Numbered from the stretch's first letter, positions 26,015-39,300 are shown. The stretch: DNA of 64,000 nt from Balanoglossus misakiensis (GCA_040954595.2 CM082584.2:13075337-13139336); one strand, 5' to 3'. The notes: generated from the sequence alone by a model not told the origin. A program made the numbers and translations.

Positions 26015-28804
26015 CTACGGACCAGGTTGTGGGTTTAAGTCTCGTGCATTTGTAATCTGACAGACTACAATGCTTTGTCTCCTTGATTCACAAATGATTT
26101 TCATCCTTCCATCAAGTCGGAGAGGAAGCTCGCCATTTGTCAGCGAAATCACGTGGAGTATCTCTGGATTCTGGAACTGGGCATGCGCCTTGAAAGGACA
26201 CAGAACACCAAACGTATACTCCAAATATGGAAAATCCCTCTTGCGTATCTCTTCCAAGTGCTGATAAAGCCAGCGAATGCAGGAGCTCGAGTCTGTTGAC
26301 TGCGCTTTCTGTATTCTAACTTTGATCAGGTTCTGTTCTGGTTGGTGATGCAACAGTTCCAGTTTGTAACATACTGTGGATGTTGTGAAGAAACCCACGT
26401 TTGAATAGATGTGTCTCTTAATGTTAAGGTCTGTCGCTATTGATGGCTTTTGGCAACGGGCTAGGAGACGCACGAAAACAGCATCTGGTAGAAAGCCCTT
26501 GAAGTTGATGTAAAATATGTCGTCATCTTCTTTATCTGCCCACCATCCACAGTGTCGTTCATTACAGGGCGACAGTAAACTGGGCACGATGAACTTTCTG
26601 CTGTTTACTTCATCAGAAAGTGGACATATCAAATCATACGCCTTCAGCAAGGACTCAACAACTGGCCTTGTCAAACCATTCAAATCACTAATGTGACTTA
26701 GGAGACGTACATCAAGTATTGCTTTCTCAGTTAACATCTTCCAACTTGACTTGAGATTGTTTGATTGCTTTTTAACTGATGGGGCCTTCATCAGATACAT
26801 CATGACATCAACGAGAACTTGAGGATCTAAAATTATGAAATCTTTCAATATGTCATCATCAAACTTGTATATTATTTCTCCGGCCTGATGGAAAAGGTTC
26901 AGCATATGTTGAAATTCATGTTCTTCTGTGATGCCATATTTGGTCTCAACTTCCTGTTGTGCTTTTCTGTAGGCATATATCATTTGTCCATCTTTCTCCG
27001 GACCCGGTTTTCTTTTCTCTTCCAAAAAGTCATAAAAATGCTCAAATCTGATTGGAATATCTTCTTTGACATAATCTGCCTCCTTGATGTATTTCAAAAT
27101 GCAATTTCGAAGAATATTTGTGTCTTTATCAGGTGGTTTTGAGTTCTCAATGGGAAAGACGTGGGTGTTGTCAGAATTCAAAACCAGACGATCGTAAAAC
27201 TTACTGGTTTTACTAAGTTTGTTATCAAAATATTGTGCTACCATGTCTCTCTGATTTTGGTCAACACTATCCCTGTGGGTACCAACAAGAAAAATTACAC
27301 TATCTTTGTGTTTCGCATGAGTGAAGATAGAATGTAGCCAAAACAAAATCCTGTTTAGTTGTTGTTCTAAATTGACGACTGCGTCCTCATAATTAAACAC
27401 TACTAAATAAACAGCGCGATTTGGCATGAACACGTGATGGGTGCTGTAATAAATATCATCACCTGCAAAGTCCCATAGACTCAATCTTGTGGAAAGATCT
27501 TGTACACCCTTGACCAGACGACTCATAGCATCAGTGATCAACGAAATTGGAACGCTCTGTTTGGTTATTTGAAAATGCATGTAGAATTCAATTATTGGAT
27601 GCATTAGGACAGAAATAATGAAAACCGATGACGGCAAGTTAAAATTATTTGGGAGCTGAAATTTCCAATCCATGAACGTACCTATAAGAATTCCTAGAAG
27701 TATTCCCCCACATTTCTTTGTACGGTATGAAGGATTAATCTTCATCTCAATTTGTCTGGCATGCAAACTTATAATTATAAAAGAAAAACAAAGTAAAATT
27801 CTTAACACAAATGAGACGAACGATTTTAACAAAAACGAAACGAACACAACAATTGCAACCAGATACGCCTTGTTGAATACACGCCAGACTCTTAATAAAA
27901 TAACCCCCAATATAATTGCCGAGAAAAACGTTAGACCGTCAACAGTGTGTCTGCTGTCGGGAATAAATTCCGTCCAATCGTACTCGCCACGATTTAGCAA
28001 ATGTTCAGGAGGAACAAGGATACATAGCGTCAGAGCCACATTTGACCTAAAACCTGTACTCGTAATACTGCCAAAAAGTGCTCCCAATAAAAGGGCAAGT
28101 ATGATCATCAGAAAGAACCACTCATACGATGACGTATGGGTGGGTGTATGATCACTGGAAATCAACAAATTCCCGGCAAAGTATCGTAGTAAGTGGTCAG
28201 CCGTCAATAGAAGTGGAACCACTGCTGCAAATTTATATGCACTGTAAAGATCTTCACCAGTTAACATAAGGGAAAGAAGTGAAATCATTTCAAGTAGTCC
28301 AAAACCTAGTATAAACACATTCTTGAAAAGGACAATGTACGCTATGAACGCCAGAAGAAAGAATTTCACTATCACAAGGCCTTCAAACATTGTCTTAAGA
28401 TTCTGCGTGGTCGACTTTTGCATTGGAGGAACACGAACTTTCAATAGATGTTTAGCAGTGTACCACGATGCTACGGACTCAAACTTATTTTTCTCATCTT
28501 CCTTAGGTTTCATCCATGTATCGTCAACTTCATTCACCTCACGTATTTGCGTCTGTATCCCCTCAGTGGAAGGTTCGTGTCTACGGAATCCCTGTCCTGT
28601 TAACTGACGCACCAGGCTTGTTTTTCCAACACGAGCATCACCCTGGAATAAAACTTTACTGCGATTGAATGGTAACTTGCCGTTTCCTTCTGCTGTCTTG
28701 TAAACGTCTTCTACTTTCTTGACATTGGATAAAACGCCTCCGTGGGTGAGAATTGACCCGAAATCTTCTTTCAGCCAATCTTTAGTGTTGGACGAATCTT
28801 CCAT
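26015..28804 (-). CDS. Roco-family protein B: Roc GTPase with internal multi-TM insertion, COR domain, no death domain seen; ~929 aa, single coding exon
   Basis: Uninterrupted ORF with first ATG at 28804 (MEDSSNT; the ORF track start at 28816 is a GTG). GDARVGKTS (28642-28616), STEGI, LSLWDFAGD, VGTHRD, IENS; COR-like MLNLFHQAGEII..ILDPQVLVDVM..LLKAYDLIC. Collinear with paralog A. Acceptor at 28827/28826, upstream donor at 29239/29238, minus-strand AATAAA at 25791-25786. Confidence 0.87.
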   Translation of the reverse strand: MEDSSNTKDWLKEDFGSILTHGGVLSNVKKVEDVYKTAEGNGKLPFNRSKVLFQGDARVGKTSLVRQLTGQGFRRHEPSTEGIQTQIREVNEVDDTWMKPKEDEKNKFESVASWYTAKHLLKVRVPPMQKSTTQNLKTMFEGLVIVKFFLLAFIAYIVLFKNVFILGFGLLEMISLLSLMLTGEDLYSAYKFAAVVPLLLTADHLLRYFAGNLLISSDHTPTHTSSYEWFFLMIILALLLGALFGSITSTGFRSNVALTLCILVPPEHLLNRGEYDWTEFIPDSRHTVDGLTFFSAIILGVILLRVWRVFNKAYLVAIVVFVSFLLKSFVSFVLRILLCFSFIIISLHARQIEMKINPSYRTKKCGGILLGILIGTFMDWKFQLPNNFNLPSSVFIISVLMHPIIEFYMHFQITKQSVPISLITDAMSRLVKGVQDLSTRLSLWDFAGDDIYYSTHHVFMPNRAVYLVVFNYEDAVVNLEQQLNRILFWLHSIFTHAKHKDSVIFLVGTHRDSVDQNQRDMVAQYFDNKLSKTSKFYDRLVLNSDNTHVFPIENSKPPDKDTNILRNCILKYIKEADYVKEDIPIRFEHFYDFLEEKRKPGPEKDGQMIYAYRKAQQEVETKYGITEEHEFQHMLNLFHQAGEIIYKFDDDILKDFIILDPQVLVDVMMYLMKAPSVKKQSNNLKSSWKMLTEKAILDVRLLSHISDLNGLTRPVVESLLKAYDLICPLSDEVNSRKFIVPSLLSPCNERHCGWWADKEDDDIFYINFKGFLPDAVFVRLLARCQKPSIATDLNIKRHIYSNVGFFTTSTVCYKLELLHHQPEQNLIKVRIQKAQSTDSSSCIRWLYQHLEEIRKRDFPYLEYTFGVLCPFKAHAQFQNPEILHVISLTNGELPLRLDGRMKIICESRRQSIVVCQITNARDLNPQPGP

Positions 28805-31800
28805 TATTCCAAGCACTTCTAAAATTCTGCCAAGATAGAGACCGAAAAAAGAATAAAGTCCAATACTGCAGTTAACAAATACATGTATGGTTATTTCAGA
28901 TGAGTTCCGGGTAGTGTGAAGTGGGGGCTAAACTTTGTCGTGTAGCCATTGTCTTGTTACATTGAAAGTACTGCCTCTCCTTGGGTTTTTCACGTACGCA
29001 TAGACGCCATATACTTCAGGGGAGTAACCGTCCGATCCAGGGGTTGGCCTGCAGTGGACGCGCTGATAATTGCTGTGCAAACAAACACAATGGCTAGAGT
29101 GCAGTCTACTTTAACAAAAATGGCACACATAACTTTCTTAACTAAACCTTTTCATGAAAAAGTTGCTGACGTATACATGATTCCCCTTTTCACTTACAAT
29201 CCTATTTCTTACAGTGATCGAATAGGGATATAGCTTACCTTTAAAAAATAAATGGAAGTCGAACCCAGTGGTTGTTCTTTGGGCCCTTGAAGTGCTTTGT
29301 ACAAATCACACCTCCCTTCAAACTTAAACACCCTCGGACCATGCACATTGAGAAAATGGAAATCTGTGCTCAAAAGGCAAGCATTAATCCCGACATTCGG
29401 TGATGGGTTCAATCGGCATATTTTGAACAGTCGTGAAGCCTGATTCTAGGAGCGTACGTACACTCGACGCTTCCGCGGCTCTACTGGTCAACATCCACTT
29501 CAGATTTTGAGACGCGCTATTGAGAGTGATATAGGTCGCCATTAAAGTTCGTTTACCAATAATCTCCGTGCGGCCTACATTTTCTACCGATCGGGTCAAA
29601 TGTCATGCCATATCATCGCCCCAGGCAAACAAAAGAACTGTCCACTATACTCGATCGATTGTGTTTGTTATAAAATATACTGTTGGCAGTCGCTCACGCC
29701 TTCTTTGCCTAAATTAGTGTCACATGCATATCATTCGCGACTTCCGTGTGAAATCAGTGCTCCGTGAAGGTGACCATGGTTTCAGTCAATACCTTCGAAA
29801 ACCAGCAACAGTCAACAGTCTAGCTGTGAAAGCAAAACTGAGGATATGATGGAAACCATTCCTAGTAAACTTATTTTCTGATCTTCTAGCGTAGTAATAT
29901 TAGAGTAGCATTAATTGTGCATTAGTAGTACAGAACATTTGTTGAAACAGTAACGCAACAAACATGAATAAATAATAGCAACAGAGACAGAGTGTATTTT
30001 CAAAGTTTTGCTCTTATTTTAATGGAGATTTCTGCATCTATAAGATGAGGGAGGGATCTGTGGGGGTTCTTGTACATTACAGGACAAACAAATGAAAGGG
30101 GTTGCTGTATAACGCCTCCTCAACTAATCAGAGAAGACTTCTTCCAAACTACGTAATACTGCAACAAAGATTTGAAGGTACATGAGACTAGATGCCTAAG
30201 TACCAATCCAAACACTGGGACCTCGGTTTGTTTTATTTTTCATATTTTTTTATCAGTGTCTGCCTTCAATAATATTATATTGCCATACACAAAGACTCAT
30301 CACAAATAGTTGGAAAATTCTGTCAAAAAACTACAGTTTCATATACATATGCAGGTATGACACAACAGATCACTTGTAACTTGAACAAAATGAGCTATCT
30401 CGACATGTATGCTCCCATAGCAACCTCTCAGTGGTGGTGTTACATGTGCTCCCAATAAACAAGAGTAAATGCAATCAACACCACATAAGGGCGCCGGCCA
30501 AAATATTGCAAATTCTCAAACTGAACACATCTAGATAGTGCTACCCAAAAGGATATTTGTCATCGTTTCTCTTAAAATAACTATTTATAATATTAATGCA
30601 ATATACAGAGCAATAATGTACTGTTTTAATATTCAAGTCCTCTGTTTTTTTATGGTGCTCTTGGTGGCAACGACACAGTTGCATTAACAGTTGGTAATGG
30701 ACCCTGTAGTGGTTTGGAGCGAAGAAAATATTGGATGGAAAAAGCTAGGAATCAGGCGAGAAATGACCTACTTTTAAAAAAAAACAAGTCTTGGCATGTG
30801 ATAGACTGAAACATCGCTTAGAACTGTATCAGTAGTATTCATAAAAATGTGAACACTTGTAGAATACGCTACTGACACAGTAATAAGTCATGTTTCCATT
30901 TTGGGGAGGATAGGTATGATCACTGCAGATTTTATGCAAGAACAAGCTCAGACCCTATGACAAATGAGCCAAAGAAAGAAAAACACAAAAAATTAATTTC
31001 ACATACATATAGTACATACACTTTTCCTTTATTCTATCTAAAACTTAAGTAAAATTAATTGGACTTTTTTAATTTCTCTCCATCTTCAAAAAAAATGTCT
31101 TCTCAGAATCCTCTTCTTTTTTTTAAACCTCTACACTGGACTTCTGATATGTTCATAAAATATGACTGGGTTTGTTTGAGATTTGTTCTCTCCAGGGTAA
31201 TCTGCTCTGGTTTGGAAATGATTTACAATGGTACAAGCTAACTTCAATATAACATACACAATTTTCTCTCCCCTCTGTGAAAGAATGATTCAGGCATATA
31301 TATTTTTTTGTCTTGTTTTCGTTTTCGTTTGAAGACTTCTCTCAAATACAAAATGTTGTGACATCTGACAGTAAAAATGAAAAATATATAAAAGAGACAG
31401 GAAAAAACACATAAACCAGCAAAGATTTTGTTCTGGAGATCAACTGACATTTTTGAATCTCTGTATTAAAGCAATTCAGCCTGGTACCCGGGGGATTTAC
31501 AAGTTCAAGTTCACAATGAAACCAAAATGGGACAAAGGCTACAACGCTAACAACAGCCATACTAAGAAATACAAATGGTATTTTTTTTCTTTCATTCTCG
31601 GAAAGTATGGCAACACACACATCTTTACTCTAACTGTATAAATACATTCTTCTGAATTCTTGAACATTTTTCTCTGGAGTTTTAAAAAAGCAACTTTCTA
31701 AAAAATAATCAGAAATCTACAGTGATTCTTTGCTTCTGAGTTGACAATGTCTCGTTCAGAGTTATATATATATATCATAGGAGGAAAAAATAGAAATAGC

Positions 31801-32135
31801 TACAAGACATCAAAGTCAAGTGTGGTGGGGTGGTTTTTTTCTTTACAAGGTGATGGCAACTTGCTGGAGAATGAATGTTAAGGTCCGCGAGTTTCAAGAT
31901 ATTACGCAGCAGCCAATCAGATGCTTTTATTTCAGTCACATGGTCAAAGCCAGTGTTAGGGTCACGTGATCACCACTGACCAATCAGGGATAGTGTAATA
32001 AATTTAAGTAAAAAAACAAGGGTTTCAGCCATCTGGTTGCCAAGGACTACTGGTAAGATTTTGTTGGAAGGAAAGAAGTGTTAGTGTTCTAATTAAGTGG
32101 TGTCTTCCTCGCTGCAGTCATGGCAACAAGGACTA

Positions 32136-32184
32136 CTACACTTTCATGCATAATTTTTTCACAAAATTTTGCATGAAAGTGTAG
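32136..32184. other. Hairpin / inverted repeat downstream of the SSBP stop (probable 3' UTR)
   Basis: CTACACTTTCATGCA...TGCATGAAAGTGTAG is a perfect 15-bp stem, extended by AATTTT/AAAATT after one mismatch, with a 5-nt loop. Confidence 0.75.
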
Positions 32185-33341
32185 AGGTACTGGTTAGGTA
32201 TGAGAGACTAACCTGGAACTTTTAAAATCAAGCAATCTCTGGTAGGGACTTGGCCTCGAGCTGAAAAGGTGGCATGGCATTTGTAATATTATTAGGATCA
32301 ACATTCACTCTCCCGCAGATTGCCAAAATATAACAACAAAAAGACACGCACAAAAAAAAGAGAAAAAATTTCATTATGCTTCCTCTACAGAATAACAGCA
32401 TTAATTTGCCTGGAGAAGCTATCAATTAACCCTTTAATTACTAGTGATAATCTTAAAATGACGTCATCATAGTCACAAATTTGACCAATTTTTTGGCTAT
32501 TGCACAGTCCTCTGTAGAAACAGCAGTAAGAACAACTGGTTTTCTTTTTTTTTAATATAATGCTGTATCCATTGCATTTGATTTTGCAAAGGAGAAAAAA
32601 GAATATATTACAAACAGCTTTGAAGAGCAGGAATAAATAAAATGTACTGACAAATTTTACCTACAGACAAAATACACTTTTTTTTTCACAGCAATGGAAA
32701 TGTGTTCCAGCTTAGGCACAGCATAAGGCAAATTCTGGGTATGTCCTTTTACTCGAAGATTCATTTATAGATTTGTTTATATATATCTTTATGCTTTATT
32801 TCCCTGGCAGTTCATTATTTCCGAATGCACACTTTTATTTATTTATTAATCTTCTGTTTAATCTCTGAGGCTAACAAGTTTGAAAATAATTCTGTACAAA
32901 AGGTGATAAGCTCTCTTAGAGTATAAAATTTATTTCACAACTGTCATTGTTTCGGCGAGTAATGTAACGCCAGTGAGCTGCTGAGTTTTTTACGGATTTT
33001 GTCTCCTGATTTTGAAAATGAGTTGGATACGGAGAGATCTAAGAGAGGCTGGTTTTCATCTCCTAGTTTCCTTTTTTACTCAAACTCTCTCTTTTTTTCC
33101 TACTTATTTTGGTTTTGGCTACACAGCTATAGGAATGTCTAACACCCAGATTGCTTTTATGCTATGCTTGGTACACAAAATTCCCATGAAGAAATAACAT
33201 AACAGAACATAAAATAACATGAAAAATGTTTTTTTTTTCGTATCTCTGTGGAGTTATGAGAGTACTATACAGGTATATTTCAAGTGAATTACACAAAGTC
33301 TTGTGATAAATCACATGGAGACCCACGAAATAGGAGATATC

Positions 33342-36300
33342 TTATTGCATGAAATATTCGGGATGGTCTGACGGTGTGTCTTTCTCAAATCGTTTTGCCT
33401 CTTCTTGCATACTTTCTTTGATCTTAAGTATGGCTGCAGATTCGTTATGATCCTGGCAAAGAGAGTCAACAAAAGGTGTTAAGAAAAAAATACCGAACTT
33501 TCCATTAACCATGGGGGGTTTAAAGCTATCAAAAAAAGACATGCCTGACGCTGATAAAAAGCAAAAAAAAAAAGTAAAGAAAAAAAATATAATTTTTTGT
33601 TAGTTTTTTTATTTGGGGTTTGCATAGTAGACACAGAAATGAAGCCGTTTTTTGAACCAACCCCCAGAGAGAGAGAGAGAGGGAGAGAGAGAGAGGACGA
33701 GAGGAAAAGTGTTTGTTTGTTTGTTGTTTGAGTTTACATTGCTCGAGAACCAGTTTGTCTCTTGTTGCTGACTACAGAGGTACATTTTTGTGGGTATAAG
33801 CCAGCACGCAACTTTCTCAAACAGCGACCTGTCTCCACGGTCAGTACAGTGTCATCTGTTTGAGGAAACATAACGCATAACTGCCCTTAGACATTTTTTT
33901 GAGTTACCCCTTTTTCATAATTCTTCGAAGGAAAAAAAGGCAAAAAAAATTCACAGATACCAACTTGGTTGGTGAGTACATGAACAAAATACCCTGCTTA
34001 GAGAAACTAAAAAAAAGTTAATTTTCAAGTTGCATCAGTGCCCGTTGGTTGCCGACAGCAACCACTGATATGGAGGCTCTGACGCCAGATTTCTTCTTGA
34101 GGCCCACATCAACAACTCTGTATATCTGAATACTCAGATACAACACTTACATTGTCTTGAAATGGTGGTAGGAATTGACCACCCATGTCTGGATTTTCTT
34201 CCCTGGGAGTGCCAGGCCCTGGGCCAGGACCCACACTGTTAGGCGAACTCTTTGGTATTCCATCCAGCTCACCTGTTGAGGAAATCAAATTATGACGTGA
34301 AGAAGGCACAACGCATTACTTCTTAGCTGCCACTGTTTTGTCCGATGTCTGTTTGGTAACAGTACTTGAAATTAACAGTACATGTAGTTCAGGTGCCCCA
34401 GACAACCAAAGTTTGTGTTTCAACTTCTAATTCCAATAAAGTGGTTGTCCAGTCAGTCACACAGCAAAAGCAAGGTAACATACACCACAAGATGGACCTC
34501 AACCATCTTGATTCTATGCCAGGGTGCACTTTGTTCAGTATCGATGATCACAAAACAATCAGCAACCATACTGAATCACAGGAACTGATGCGTATATGTG
34601 CATCATATAGTGCAGTGTACATTGACATGTTCAGTTCAGGTCTGTATGAGTAATGGTCCGGTGATGAACAATCTTTACATAATGGCCTCCAGCTGCCATA
34701 TTGGATCTTATCTCAAAACAAATCGATGGGCATACGTAATCATCGTCTATATAACAAGTTCAGAATGACATTGATCCAGGCATCACTGTGAGGGATAGAC
34801 ACACACACACAAACACACATACGCAGATGGATGGAGCCCAGCCCATAAACCATCCACCCCACCCCCACTCTCCTCTCTGACTAACAAAGACGGGTTCACT
34901 GATATTGACCGAGGATACCAAGAAATGTCAAAAACCATAAAGTTCATTACATCAGGGGCAGGCTGTATTTCTCTCATAGGGATGGTTCAAATTTCAGATT
35001 TAGCGACAGCCATGGCGAGTTACACACTGAAAGTAATGAATTCTGACAAGACTTACCATTCATGGCGGGCATGTTTTGGCCTCCCATAGCTGACATGGGT
35101 CCATCTGGCCCTGTTCCCATAGGGAAATCCTGAAGTACAACATATGAAGACATACAACATTTTATGTCAGGAAGGGGACAAGACAAACCCTGTCTGAGAT
35201 GTTTTGAATTACAAAATGCATCTAGTTGTACGCTGTTTTTGCACATGAAATAGTGAGCGTGAAATCACACTACCAGCTATGCGGAACAAAGACAACAGTC
35301 TCTTTGGATACTGTCACCATGGATGCTGTAGTCATTGATACTGTTACTATGGAAACTCACCCCTGGCATATTACCCCCTGGTACTGGTTTCATCATAGAG
35401 TACATGCTGTCTCCTCCTGAATTACTTGAATCTGTGAAACAATACAGATAATTGAAGTATGACATCATAACCATTGCTTTGAGACAAATATAAGAATGTT
35501 AGTGTAATCACTTTCACCTTATTTTCCAGACAGTGATAAAGACTTGGCGTTTGAAATAATTCTACAAGATCCCTGTCTGGAGATTGAAGCAATAATACTC
35601 TGTCACATTATAGTTTATTAATTCATTAATTGATCAATTAACGACCATCATTGCTGTGAGCAGCCATCTTGTTTTCCAGAGAAAAACAATCATTAACTTG
35701 AATTAGTGTGTTATTATTAATAATGCATCTGAAAGATTATTTTTTTGTTTCTTGTTTTGTGGGAGGAGGGGATTCAGCCTCTGCCATGCTGTTTAACATC
35801 ACCCATCCCTCTGAAATGAAATATTTCTTACAGTAGTTATCAGTGAATAGTGTGAATTTAAGTCCATCTCTATTAAATGATTTTACTTATCAGTACAACT
35901 ACATTAATGTTGTAAACTATGGTAGGGCTATATCTCGGTATGGATAAGCCCGTGGTTATTTCATTGAGGTTTTCATACAGGTTGTGATCAGGTTGGGTGC
36001 TAGGGTCCAGGGGTGCCAGTAAGTATTCTATAAGTTGTGATGGGAAGGCTTTTAAGGGATAGATGAAGTTGTGATTTTATGTGTGTGATTGAGAATAAAT
36101 CTTTTGACCCAACCATTCAATCCACTTACACACAAACACACATGTACACTTTTTGGCCGAAATTTTGTGCACTGGCAACAGGTACTATCACACAGATTAA
36201 CATCCTCAGAACGGAGCCATGTAGCCAAACACACAGACAGAAACAAACATCAAAATCAAGAACAAGTTGGTAATCAAACAGACTTTGTCACAGACTTTTT

Positions 36301-39300
36301 ATAACCATCATGCACACTCACTTATTCGGACAAAACAAACAGGCTTCACATATTGTCATGTGTCCCCCTTACATGCAGGTGTGAAGAGAAGTTAAAGGGG
36401 AGGGGGGGAGGGGTGAAACGTCAGGGGTTAGAGGTCACATATCCTTCACTTGAAAGGTAGAGTTGTTCACCTTTGTGGAGATGGTTACCTTGAGGAAGAC
36501 GGTGATTTGACTGAGGACCTTGTCCTGTGAGGGGATAGACAGTAGGGGGGTTACACTGATTGTTGAGCATTGAGGCACAAAGTACAGAGCTGTGATCTTG
36601 TGTGAGGTGAGAGGGCAAAGGTCATCCTGGTATTTGTCGATGCAGGTATTTTTCTGTCATTGTTGAAACCATGTCTCATGGAACAATCCACCCAGGACAA
36701 TACAACTGGTGGAAAAAGGCCTGAGGGTCATGCATAGCGCCCCCTAGAGGAGCTAAATAAGTACATGGATCTGGATGGGAATGTTTGGGAAACTCCGCCT
36801 CAAAAATAACCCATCACTACTTTCCTGCACCTCACCCCCAACTCAATGGGATGATCAACAGCATAGTAATAGTCATATTGTATGAACTTTGCTGGACTAC
36901 TGCTTTGTAACATGTCTATGTGGCCAAAAAACCCACTAAAGTTTGACTAATTCAATTGGCATGGCAGAGGCTAGACCAAGCTCGCCGTTCTCCCTAATGC
37001 AAGTTAATGGTAGTGGACACTTGATTGCATGGGCTGTCAAATGTTCTATGTTTCACGTTTACAAGAGTAACTGTCACACCTATCGTTTATTTTCTATTCA
37101 CATGGTGGCTGCTAACAGCAACATGTTGGAAGTGACAAAATATTTTAAAATTCTAAACAGGACAGCAGTCATTTCCTTGCCAACACGGTTTCCGACACAC
37201 AATGGCTGTCAAAACTAACATCTTTTGGAGAGCTTGAAGGATTTATTTTTCTGTACCATTAAGCTACAAATTAATCATACACAATTTCAATAAAATGACA
37301 GTTGACATGTTAAATGGGCATTGACTTAAGGACACAAAGCTAAACAGATTTTAAAATTTGCCATCCACAACAGAATTCCCCCACCACAACTTGATGCACA
37401 TCAATCAATCAATGGCCACTCACCTTGTGGGCTCGGCATAATTGGTGTCCCTGGAGGCCCTCCTCCACCCGGTGGACCCTGTGGAATGAACAAAAATCAT
37501 TAATGTTAACAACAAGCCTTAAAATTCAAGTTCTGGATTTACTTTAATTGACCCGTGGGTTAAAAAAGATCTTAAAACTGATCTAGTCTTTAAGACGGTA
37601 AAACCGGCTTCATTAGTGTCTTCTGACAAGAGAGTCTCTAGAATACAAATCTGTATTGGTGACTTCACATCACAGAAGAAATATCCCATTTATGAATGTT
37701 CTGCTAGACAGACAACGTCAAACACTTACCCCTGGCCCATAATTCCCTGGTGATGATTGTGAATAATTCATCTGTTGGCAAGAATGAGAAAATAAATAAT
37801 ACCAATTATGTAATGGTGAACCCAAGGAGAATTCAATACAAGTTGGAGAATGCATCGAATTGACAGAATTGTGAGACAGCAGGGTAAATTGTGGTAATTG
37901 GATATTCTATAAAAAAAGATTTCAAATCAAGCTTTGTGTGAAAAATTGAGCGTGTTTACTTACAGTTGATGTGTTAGTCTGCCATGGTCTTCCCGCCCCT
38001 GGCCTAGAATACAGAAACACAAGAGATGACGATATTTAACGAGACAAAATGGAGATGAAAAGATCTGCCTAAGAGTTAGAACTCACCAATGAAGCAAAGT
38101 ATATGCATTTGACAATCTTAATCTGACTGCTGAGAGAAAACAGAAGAATCACTTACATAGTCATTGGCATTCCTGGTCCCATTGTATTATTGTGGGGTGG
38201 CCTCATTCCCCCACCGTAACTCTAAAAAGCAAAATGAAAATATTCTTGTTCAGTGGATTTTTATTATCACAACCAAAAAGGAAACTGTTTGTTTTTGAGT
38301 ATGGAAAGGATTGAAGGCAATGAATTGTGGGAAGGCTCTTACCGGTTGCATCGGCATCCCCCTGGGAGGGTTCATCCTCTGCATCGGTCCACCCATATTC
38401 GGATGACCTGAAAACAACCAAAAAATAGAATACATGAAATCAACCAACAGACTTTATCATCTGGCAACCCTCACAGTATTCCTAGCCTTTTTATCAGAGG
38501 CACCCAATTTATCCCTGAGGCATTCCAGATAAAGCTAGCACTAAATCATTTTGTGGAATGATTACAACTTGTGCATGAAGTCCATTTCCTTCAAGATTTC
38601 AATGCAACTATTGTCTGACGATTCAGTTCAGAAATTGCAGCTGCCTTTAACACCCTGGGTAAGATTCTGGAATTCAGCAGAGACAAGAAACTGGGAATGG
38701 TGAAAGATTGTCTCTGAAACCAACCTCAGGTATGTGGAATGGCAACTTATCAACTTAAATTGTCGGGGCAATAGGCTCAAACCCATTTCGCAGTGTTATG
38801 CCTTGATGATAACATGAGAAAAGCATCTCCAGAGTTTGAACACGTCCTTGCAAAACAACAGGGAGTGAAGATCTTTTGCCTTCTCATGGCAGGATGTTAT
38901 TAACCATTTTTTATTAAAGAAAAACAAGGTCACGCTGAGGTCAAGAGTTTGTGTGAAGAGAATTTGTGGTTTCAGAGAAAGTTGATGGAGATTGAATGAT
39001 GGGAGAATCAACAAAGCATGACAAATGGCACTGCCCCAGAGGATGGCACTGACGACTTGACCTTTTGGCCTTTCTTGAGAAGTAAAAGTTGTTCAACATT
39101 TACAAATGGAAAATATCAATTTTGAACCACTCAATTCAGAGAAAGTGTTTTTGTTCCCCCAAATGTGATTTGGCAAAGTCAGACATCACTTCCATTCTTT
39201 GTGGACCTAATAAATCAGTTGGTCGTGTGAAATTGAAAGAGAAGGATCATTTACATGCAATCTTGGTGGGCTCTTTTATGCTCCAGTCTGTAAATTACCG

